A stretch of DNA of 34,455 bases, taken from a virus (taxonomy: Duplodnaviria; Caudoviricetes). This document shows positions 1-5,653 of the stretch, piece by piece. Position 1 is the first letter of the stretch. Each line of letters opens with the position of its first letter. Below the pieces are notes generated by a model. That model ran no database searches. It saw only the letters and a program-made list of their open reading frames with translations, and had not been told where the DNA came from. The stretch spans positions 1 to 34,455 of the IMG/VR virus record IMGVR_UViG_3300012667_000182; one strand, 5' to 3'. Made by a program: the position numbers and the translations under genes.

Positions 1-143
1 CACGGTTTTCCGTCAAAGGTTTGTACGTCATCCCAAATCGGGAAAGGCGGGAGAATTTTGTCATTTTGTCGGGCGCACAATACGCTACTTGGGTATTGTT
101 CCCACTCAACGGCACAGACGGTTCTCCATCCAAGCAAGTGTCC
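1..143. repeat. Terminal overlap, left copy (imperfect direct repeat of 34313-34455)
   Basis: 1-55 is identical to 34313-34367; 56-143 aligns ungapped to 34368-34455 with 18 mismatches. Implies a circular or terminally redundant genome of about 34312 bp. Confidence 0.95.
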
Positions 144-187
144 CCCAAGTATTCCTCCACCAGCGCCTGCGAAAAGAGCCAACTCAT
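1..187 (-). CDS. N-terminal part of the +1-frame ORF overlapping the methyltransferase (continues into 34312..33582; about 305 aa)
   Basis: ATG at 187, 4 nt after the GTG (GTGAATG). MSWLFSQALVEEYLGD...MTYKPLTENR is open and in frame with ORF 33582..34421. Confidence 0.6.
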   Translation of the reverse strand, partial: MSWLFSQALVEEYLGDTCLDGEPSVPLSGNNTQVAYCAPDKMTKFSRLSRFGMTYKPLTENR

Positions 188-191
188 TCAC
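1..191 (-). CDS. C5 DNA cytosine methyltransferase, N-terminal part (continues across the junction into 34312..33577; about 308 aa in total)
   Basis: GTG at 191 after GAGGA. Translates MNELALFAGAGGGILGGHLLGWRTVCAVEWEQY...DDVQTFDGKP, containing motif I (FAGAGG) and motifs II-III. Confidence 0.9.
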   Translation of the reverse strand, partial: MNELALFAGAGGGILGGHLLGWRTVCAVEWEQYPSSVLCARQNDKILPPFPIWDDVQTFDGKP

Positions 192-216
192 GTTTTCCTC
201 ATCCAATATTTAATTA

Positions 217-230
217 TTAAGATAGCTTAA
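217..230. promoter_or_regulatory. Putative operator TTAAG-ATAG-CTTAA upstream of the methyltransferase operon
   Basis: Perfect palindromic half-sites in the AT-rich intergenic gap; related sites occur at 1446, 1821, 1857, 4221 and 29592. Confidence 0.65.
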
Positions 231-233
231 CAG

Positions 234-617
234 TTATGAAATAATTTGTATACCTTTAATTCCTTTAATCATCTCTTTTATTTTTTTTAAGTTTTCCGCA
301 GCAGCTTGGTCATCTACTTCGGTCTTGTTGTAGCCCATACGAACTTCTACCGTAGGTCTTGGGGCAAGTCTGCATATCTCTTTAAACTTAATTGCGTTTG
401 GCACACGTTCTGGAAGGTTTAGCAAGGCAAATCCGATAGCGTCAGGGTTGTATGCAAAGTCGCTTAATTCTTGCGCCCAAACCGTTTTAGCGTTCTCCAT
501 GCCTATGTCATTGCCGTTGTTGTCAATAACGCTGTATTGCCCTGTAAATTCCCTGCCATAAATGCCTTGCAGTCTGGCAAAGATTCGGTCAACCCAAGAG
601 TTTGGTATTGTTTTCAT
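234..617 (-). CDS. Replication protein P-like helicase loader
   Basis: ATG at 617 after GGAGGT. WVDRIFARLQGIYG...W..EL...P.AIKF...CR pattern of lambda P-like proteins; directly follows the initiator gene. Confidence 0.65.
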   Translation of the reverse strand: MKTIPNSWVDRIFARLQGIYGREFTGQYSVIDNNGNDIGMENAKTVWAQELSDFAYNPDAIGFALLNLPERVPNAIKFKEICRLAPRPTVEVRMGYNKTEVDDQAAAENLKKIKEMIKGIKGIQIIS

Positions 618-1305
618 AAAACACCTCCGTAGCAGATTGTTCGCCAAATAAAACTCTAGCTGTAGCATCCTGCCGCATTTGATGCTCTGTTTTCTTAGAT
701 TGGTCTTTTAACACCCATTCAGCTTTAAATCCCGTCCAACCCCTAGCGCAAATTTCTTGTAAAGCGTCATTCAAAGAAATGTTAGCTTTTCTTGCTTCAC
801 GCTCTATGCCTTTCAAAGCGGTTTCCGTTATTGCGGCTTTCTTGGCTTTTCTTTGCTGAACAAAGTCTTCCCAAACTGACTGCAAAACGCCGTCAGGCGT
901 ATGTAGTTTATTTGGTTGTTGGTTAGTGGTTAGTGTTTCTTGTTTAGGGTTATTTTGGGTTAGGCTTGGGTTAGGCTTGGGTATCCCATGGGTTTTTTTA
1001 GGTCTTCCGCCCTTGATTCCATTGAGTTTTTGCTTCTCTATAAACCCGTGATAACTAGCTATTTCTACATCAGCACGTCTGTTTATGTACCCGTTTTCGG
1101 TGTACTCAAAAAACTCATTTAGTATTGATTTAACGATTCCAGACTCTATGCGTAACCTACGGCTAACCCATGGGATATCGGTGGGTATTGGTGCTTCTGT
1201 GTCGTAATACATATCCAAAAGTCTGCGATATGTAATGTCCTCAAGAGGGGACAAGTGCATCGTGTGTTTGTTGTAATCACCGATGTTGAATTGATAATAG
1301 TGCAT
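589..1305 (-). CDS. YdaU/DUF1376 family replication initiator (lambda O-like)
   Basis: N-terminus MHYYQFNIGDY..HT.HLS.LE...YRRLLD.YY is the DUF1376 signature; also a KGGRP motif, internal iterons and a C-terminal W.DF...RKAKKA..T domain. Confidence 0.85.
   Translation of the reverse strand: MHYYQFNIGDYNKHTMHLSPLEDITYRRLLDMYYDTEAPIPTDIPWVSRRLRIESGIVKSILNEFFEYTENGYINRRADVEIASYHGFIEKQKLNGIKGGRPKKTHGIPKPNPSLTQNNPKQETLTTNQQPNKLHTPDGVLQSVWEDFVQQRKAKKAAITETALKGIEREARKANISLNDALQEICARGWTGFKAEWVLKDQSKKTEHQMRQDATARVLFGEQSATEVFYENNTKLLG
905..998. repeat. Putative replication origin: 11-bp-period iterons plus a T/G-rich tract
   Basis: TTGGGTTAGGC (955), TTGGGTTAGGC (966), TTGGGTATCCC (977), ATGGGTTTTTT (988); adjacent TGGTT repeats at about 913-931; located inside the initiator gene like lambda ori. 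Confidence 0.65.
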
Positions 1306-1316
1306 TTGCAAACCCT

Positions 1317-1407
1317 AAAAAAAAGGCTTCACCTGAACACGCAATTCCTTTTTTAAGGGAATCTGGCAGGACGAGCCAACACTCGCTGCGTATTCATGTG
1401 AAGCCTT
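1317..1407 (-). ncRNA. C4/CI-like antisense RNA (three-way junction followed by a U-tract)
   Basis: Long stem 1323-1343/1387-1407 with inner hairpins 1344-1362 and 1372-1385. Junction CCUGCCA and loop UGUUGG are complementary to upstream UGGCAGG (1423-1429) and CCAACA (1407-1412). Confidence 0.7.
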
Positions 1408-1436
1408 GTTGGAATTATCACCCCTGCCAAGGGATG
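1407..1436 (-). promoter_or_regulatory. a1/b1-like target boxes in the leader of the C4-like RNA
   Basis: Hairpin CAUCCC-UUGGCA-GGGGUG (1419-1436) displays one box; CCAACA at 1407-1412 is the second. Confidence 0.65.
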
Positions 1437-1441
1437 TACAA

Positions 1442-1470
1442 ACTATAAAACTATCTTAAAAAAAAGTAAA
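1442..1470 (-). promoter_or_regulatory. Sigma70-type promoter for the C4-like RNA/replication operon, with an operator in its spacer
   Basis: TTTACT (1470-1465)-17 nt-TATAGT (1447-1442); predicted start about 1436, at the first leader hairpin; operator variant at 1446-1459. Confidence 0.65.
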
Positions 1471-1599
1471 GTGAGCCTCGATAAAGCACGATTTCCATAA
1501 GATTATAAAACACTAACGTCTAAGAGTGCAGGTGCTTGCCACAGAACCTTTTTTTAGACGCTTGCGTTAAAAAATTGGGCGGCTAAGACCCAATGCTCA

Positions 1600-1821
1600 C
1601 TATTTCAATTCTACCCAGATATCTTGCCATGTCGAGGGAAACATTGCTTTACGTGTGTATTTACCGTCAGACGCTTTTTCTAAGCTAGCAGCAAGAAATA
1701 TCAGCTTATCTTGCGGAATACCGTTAGTGCGCCATTGAGAAACAGCGGCTAACGTCACGCCGCACAACTTAGCAACCTTTGTTGTGCCACCTAGAATTTG
1801 GATAATTTCGTTGTTTTCCAT
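1600..1821 (-). CDS. Cro-like HTH transcriptional regulator
   Basis: 73 aa; LGGTTKVAKLCGVTLAAVSQWRTNGIP is a classic Cro/YdaS HTH. Confidence 0.85.
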   Translation of the reverse strand: MENNEIIQILGGTTKVAKLCGVTLAAVSQWRTNGIPQDKLIFLAASLEKASDGKYTRKAMFPSTWQDIWVELK

Positions 1822-1873
1822 GTAGACATCTTAACATATTTGACTTGACATACATATTTAGTTGTCTTAATAT
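1821..1873. promoter_or_regulatory. Divergent promoters with two operators
   Basis: + strand TTGACA (1845-1850)-17-TAATAT (1868-1873). - strand extended -10 TG-T-TAAGAT (1836-1828) is 6 nt before the cro ATG. Operators at 1821-1834 and 1857-1870. Confidence 0.7.
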
Positions 1874-1908
1874 CTGTATTAGGCAATCACGCCTACAAAG
1901 GAAACACA

Positions 1909-2103
1909 ATGGACGAACAAAAGCAATTTCAAGACGAATACGAACAACGTTTAGAGGAAGCTCTTAACCAAATCGAGCAAGGCTACATTACAGAAGATTA
2001 CATGGCTATTATTCGCCATGCTTGCAATTTACCTAAAGCAACACCTAAAAAACTATTACCACTTGTTTATAACTTTGATGAAATTTTTGGAGCAACACAA
2101 TGA
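1909..2103 (+). CDS. Hypothetical early protein
   Basis: 64-aa ORF with AAGGA RBS, first gene after the promoter, ATGA overlap with the next gene. Confidence 0.75.
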   Translation: MDEQKQFQDEYEQRLEEALNQIEQGYITEDYMAIIRHACNLPKATPKKLLPLVYNFDEIFGATQ

Positions 2104-2747
2104 TTATTACTGGCTCAAACTCAGAACGTAAACAGTTTCAGATTGCACCCGCTGGCACTCATTTAGCTCGCCTTTACCGCATCATTGACCTTGGTACACA
2201 AATGCGTGAATTTGAAGGTAAGGTCACAATGAACCGTAAAGCCAAGTTTTTCTTTGAGCTACACGGTGAAGACGCTGAAGGCAAAGCATTGACTACAACG
2301 GACGGTAAGCCCCTAATTCAATCCCGTGAGTACACAGTCAGCCTAAATGAAAAAGCCAACCTACGACGTGATTTAGAGGCTTGGAGAGGCAAAGCCTTTA
2401 CTGAGGAAGAACTTAAGGGTTTTGACATTAATAACATCCTTGGACACTTTTGTATGGTTAACATTAGCCATCGTCAAAAGGGTGATATTACGTATGCAGA
2501 CCTTAAAGGCTTGACTGCTGTGCCAAACATCTACAAAAAGCAAGGTTTGCCAGAAGGGATCAACTCGACAATGATGTTTAACCTTGATAAGTTTGACCAA
2601 AATATGTTTGATTCTTTGTCTGACAGCATTAAGGAAACGATTAGAAAGTCACCTGAGTACCGAAGCATAGGTGAGCAATCTAAAGCGCACCAAGAGGCTT
2701 CTAGTGGGTCTGTAACCGATATGGACAATGATATACCTTTTAATTAG
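2100..2747 (+). CDS. Phage single-stranded DNA-binding protein
   Basis: APAGTHLAR...IIDLGTQ, SLNEKANLRRDLEAWRG and an acidic DNDIPF tail typical of phage SSBs. Confidence 0.75.
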   Translation: MIITGSNSERKQFQIAPAGTHLARLYRIIDLGTQMREFEGKVTMNRKAKFFFELHGEDAEGKALTTTDGKPLIQSREYTVSLNEKANLRRDLEAWRGKAFTEEELKGFDINNILGHFCMVNISHRQKGDITYADLKGLTAVPNIYKKQGLPEGINSTMMFNLDKFDQNMFDSLSDSIKETIRKSPEYRSIGEQSKAHQEASSGSVTDMDNDIPFN

Positions 2748-2755
2748 AACGGGTC

Positions 2756-2792
2756 TATAATGGTTGTATTCCAAGCAAAGGAGTGCAACATG
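2756..2792 (+). promoter_or_regulatory. TATAAT box plus a hairpin sequestering the RBS of the HNH gene
   Basis: TATAAT at 2756-2761; GTTGTATTCC (2763-2772) pairs with GGAGTGCAAC (2780-2789), which contains the GGAG RBS. Confidence 0.6.
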
Positions 2793-3224
2793 ATTCGTTC
2801 TAAAACTTGTTTTAAATGCAATACCGTCAGGCTTTTGGATGATTTTTATAAGCACCCTAATATGCCTGACGGTCACGTTAACAAATGCAAAGAATGCAAT
2901 AAGCAAGATGTTACAAATAACCGACATAAAAACATTGACCGCATTCGAGAATACGACAGGATTAGAGCTAAAAATCCTGAACGAGCCAAAGCATCTTATG
3001 AAATTACAAAAGCATGGCGTAGTGAGGATAAACGCCGTTCCGGTTGTCACTTAATGGTGGCAAGAGCCGTCAGAAACGGCAAACTTTTCCGTCAGCCTTG
3101 TGTTAAATGTGGTGAAGTAAAAAGTCTTGCTCACCATGAAGATTACGACAAACCTCTTGAAGTAATGTGGCTTTGCCAACCTTGTCATAAACAACGTCAT
3201 AAAGAAATATTAAATGCGTTTTAA
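2790..3224 (+). CDS. Zn-finger/HNH-type endonuclease (putative free-standing homing endonuclease)
   Basis: CFKC...CKEC N-terminal zinc motif; C-terminal CVKC...AHHEDYDKPLEVMWLCQPCH...H. ATG at 2790 after AAGGAG. Confidence 0.75.
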   Translation: MIRSKTCFKCNTVRLLDDFYKHPNMPDGHVNKCKECNKQDVTNNRHKNIDRIREYDRIRAKNPERAKASYEITKAWRSEDKRRSGCHLMVARAVRNGKLFRQPCVKCGEVKSLAHHEDYDKPLEVMWLCQPCHKQRHKEILNAF

Positions 3225-3234
3225 GGAACTTATC

Positions 3235-3378
3235 TTGAACCAAACTGAAGAAGCTATCCTAATAAGCTGGCGTCTTCAGCAATGGTATGAGGGCATGGTT
3301 CTTGACCAGAGAGCCATGCAAGACGTTCAAGACGCTATTGAGATGCTTAAAACACTAGCTAAACAGGTAAACAAATGA
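3235..3378 (+). CDS. Hypothetical 47-aa protein (not in ORF track)
   Basis: TTG after AAGGA; MNQTEEAILISWRLQQWYEG...KQVNK; fills the gap and has an ATGA overlap with the exonuclease gene. Confidence 0.65.
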   Translation: MNQTEEAILISWRLQQWYEGMVLDQRAMQDVQDAIEMLKTLAKQVNK

Positions 3379-4109
3379 TTGTCAAAACAGCAGATTCGGA
3401 GTCAGGACATTGGTACACGCAAACAGGTGAGCCAGCTTATCGGGTTATTGGTAAAAACGGTGTAGAACGCAATACACGATTAACAGACGCAAGGGAAAGG
3501 GGTTTAGTACCGTCAGTAACAACTATTAGCGGATTGCTTGCGAAGCCTGGTCTAAACAATTGGTTGCAGCAAAACGTCTTGTTAGCTGCGTTGACGTTAC
3601 CTAGAATGGAAAGTGAGTCAGAGGAAAACTGGTTGCAACGGGTTATGTCTGATTCCAAGTCTACAGGACGAGACGCAGCAGACAGAGGAACTCGTTTGCA
3701 TGGAATTCTTGAGGATTTTTACAAAGGTAAATTAGTTCAGTTTCCAAACTTTGTTTATAGAGTCAATTCTGCGCTAGAAAGTCATTTTGGCACATCTACA
3801 TGGGAAGCAGAGCGCAGCTTTAGTTGGGGTGGATACGGTGGAAAAGTTGACCTTATAGCTGAAAATATTGTTGTAGACTTTAAAAGCAAGGAGGGGGATT
3901 TAAGCAAGATTACCCCTTACCATGAGCAAATCATGCAGCTTGCAGCGTATAGGATGGGTCTAGGTAAGCCAACAGCAAGATGTGCAAACGTTTACTTTAC
4001 AGAAGCTGGTGACGTTCGACTGATTGAGCATTCAGAGCAAGATTTATATGATGCTTGGGAGTGTTTTCAGTACCTTCTTGCTTTCTACAAAAAGAAGAAC
4101 AACATATAA
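3375..4109 (+). CDS. PD-(D/E)XK (Cas4/RecB-like) exonuclease
   Basis: PSVTTI...KP.L..W, RGT..H, E...GKVDL...VVDFKS and QLAAY motifs. Confidence 0.85.
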   Translation: MIVKTADSESGHWYTQTGEPAYRVIGKNGVERNTRLTDARERGLVPSVTTISGLLAKPGLNNWLQQNVLLAALTLPRMESESEENWLQRVMSDSKSTGRDAADRGTRLHGILEDFYKGKLVQFPNFVYRVNSALESHFGTSTWEAERSFSWGGYGGKVDLIAENIVVDFKSKEGDLSKITPYHEQIMQLAAYRMGLGKPTARCANVYFTEAGDVRLIEHSEQDLYDAWECFQYLLAFYKKKNNI

Positions 4110-4114
4110 TCAAA

Positions 4115-4167
4115 GGGCGGGGAACGCTGGTGTCCCTCCCTCCTTGTCCAGTTAGTACCCGCACCCC
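4115..4167 (+). ncRNA. Candidate small structured RNA with an E-loop motif and an anti-SD loop
   Basis: TATAAT at 4105-4110; stems GCGGG/CCCGC and GCUGG/CCAGU flank GAAC/UAGUA; loop UGUCCCUCCCUCCUUGU. Confidence 0.55.
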
Positions 4168-4208
4168 ACATAAATACAACACTTAGGGTTTGTCCCTATA
4201 AATAACTG

Positions 4209-4257
4209 TTGCGTTAACTGTTTAGCTAGCTTAATATCTAGTCATGGCAACAACGCC
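4209..4257 (+). promoter_or_regulatory. Second early promoter with operator and a 5' GGC...GCC hairpin
   Basis: TTGCGT (4209-4214)-17-TAATAT (4232-4237); TTTAG-CTAG-CTTAA at 4221-4234; GGCAACAACGCC mirrors GGCAATCACGCC after the 1845 promoter. Confidence 0.7.
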
Positions 4258-4269
4258 ATTAACTCAAGG

Positions 4270-4554
4270 ATGAATCAGATGACACACCCAGAAGCAGGAC
4301 GCAATGACCACATCCACGGTGACGAATACCGTGAGCATTTAGGTGCAGAAAAAGTTGATTTGTTTGACGTAATTTTTGCTATTCGTGACGGTGCTTCTAC
4401 GCACGATGGCATGAGCCATCACGAATGGATTAGAAAAATTTGTGACGGTGACGAAATTACTACGATTATCCGACACATTGTTAAGAACCGTCATAAGCCT
4501 GAGTTTGCTGAACTTATGAACGAAATTGAAATTGCAGTAGAGGGTTGGTTATGA
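4270..4554 (+). CDS. Hypothetical early protein
   Basis: 94-aa ORF after the promoter; ATGA coupling to the next gene. Confidence 0.75.
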   Translation: MNQMTHPEAGRNDHIHGDEYREHLGAEKVDLFDVIFAIRDGASTHDGMSHHEWIRKICDGDEITTIIRHIVKNRHKPEFAELMNEIEIAVEGWL

Positions 4555-4766
4555 AGCGCATAAACCCATTTGTCAGCGAAAACAATAACCTTAACCGTTC
4601 TAATTACGGTTACTTTGCAGACCAATCACACTCCAACTGGACGCTTCGCACTTCTAGTCAGCTTAGATTAGGTGCTTACGAACCAAATAGTGACAAGATT
4701 CCGTTATCAGCTTGGTTTGGTATGACGCTAGTAATTGGTTGTATCCTTCTTGCTATGTTTTTGTGA
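4551..4766 (+). CDS. Small membrane protein (C-terminal transmembrane helix)
   Basis: ATG at 4551; ends in AWFGMTLVIGCILLAMFL. Confidence 0.7.
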   Translation: MKRINPFVSENNNLNRSNYGYFADQSHSNWTLRTSSQLRLGAYEPNSDKIPLSAWFGMTLVIGCILLAMFL

Positions 4767-4773
4767 GGCAAAC

Positions 4774-4974
4774 ATGACAAAAATAGACGCTGTTTACCTG
4801 CACCTTAAAAGACATGGACACATTACAAGTTGGGAGGCTATAAAGCTATATAAAGCAACCCGATTAGCAGACATTATTTACAAATTGAAATTGCAGGGTT
4901 TTAATATTTATACGCTGATGGTCGAGGGTGAAAATACCCGTTTTGCACGTTATTTCTTAAAGGATAGAAAATGA
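4774..4974 (+). CDS. Small winged-helix/HTH DNA-binding protein
   Basis: ATG at 4774 after GAGG; HL...GHITSWEAI..Y..TRLA..IY.L...GF.I pattern. Confidence 0.75.
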   Translation: MTKIDAVYLHLKRHGHITSWEAIKLYKATRLADIIYKLKLQGFNIYTLMVEGENTRFARYFLKDRK

Positions 4975-5120
4975 AAAAGTATATCGTAGCCGTAGTGTTA
5001 GCTTTGTCAGCAGGTGTTGTTTATGCTAATTGCGTAACTAACACTACGTACTCAGGTGGGCGCATGGTTATGTGTACCACCTGCTGTTACGGCAACAATT
5101 GCACAACCACTTGTCTTTAA
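4971..5120 (+). CDS. Small secreted Cys-rich peptide (not in ORF track)
   Basis: MKKYIVAVVLALSAGVVYA-NCVTNTTYSGGRMVMCTTCCYGNNCTTTCL: signal peptide plus a 30-aa mature part with 6 Cys; ATGA overlap upstream. Confidence 0.75.
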   Translation: MKKYIVAVVLALSAGVVYANCVTNTTYSGGRMVMCTTCCYGNNCTTTCL

Positions 5121-5653
5121 GCAAGCATTGAAGTCGATTTAACCTTTACTTGCTCAACACGATTTAACCAGCCTTTGCCGTAGGTTTTGAACGAATCAAG
5201 ACTACGGTAAAAGGCTTCTTTTTCTGCGCTAAACTTTTCAATCAATTCAACAGGGTCAGAAGCTAACACCGCTTTCATGGAGATTGGCCCTAGTCCCCCA
5301 TCAGCAGGTACGCCAACAGCAGACTGCAAGAGCTTAATAGAGCGCCCTGGGCCTGCATTAACACCCATATCAAAAACCATGTAATCAATACCACTTGGAA
5401 GCTCGTCTGCACGTACAGCGTCCCAATATTTTTTCTTATACAACGGTTCTACATCCGCAGGAGTCAGTTTCTTCATCTGCTCATGCGTAACTTGGTGTCC
5501 AATGTGCTGTTCCCAATTAAATTGCGTCACACCAAGCATAGTCGAACCTTTACGACCATCCGGTAGCTTGTTGCCATTGTCACGCTCATCGTCCGTAAAA
5601 CCACCTTCAGAGGCAAGCATCTGCTCAAACGCTTGTTTCCAATTACTTTGCAT
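5117..5653 (-). CDS. Endolysin, glycoside hydrolase family 108 with peptidoglycan-binding domain
   Basis: EGGF..D..D.G...T..GVT, Y...YW, FD.GVNAG and DG..GP...GW.NR motifs. Confidence 0.9.
   Translation of the reverse strand: MQSNWKQAFEQMLASEGGFTDDERDNGNKLPDGRKGSTMLGVTQFNWEQHIGHQVTHEQMKKLTPADVEPLYKKKYWDAVRADELPSGIDYMVFDMGVNAGPGRSIKLLQSAVGVPADGGLGPISMKAVLASDPVELIEKFSAEKEAFYRSLDSFKTYGKGWLNRVEQVKVKSTSMLA

Noticed and set aside
1470-1601. tRNA, self-cleaving ribozyme or known riboswitch
   Set aside because: I could not match a T-loop/anticodon cloverleaf, or twister, hammerhead, SAM or fluoride consensus; kept only as an unassigned structure.
2649-3054. Alternative ORFs overlapping the HNH gene (2649..3050 - and 2839..3054 +)
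   Set aside because: No motifs or RBS; unlike the methyltransferase case, they do not supply any missing domain.
3375-4109. Cas4-like gene as evidence of CRISPR-Cas
   Set aside because: No repeat-spacer array or other cas genes; the context (SSB, HNH) fits a phage recombination exonuclease.
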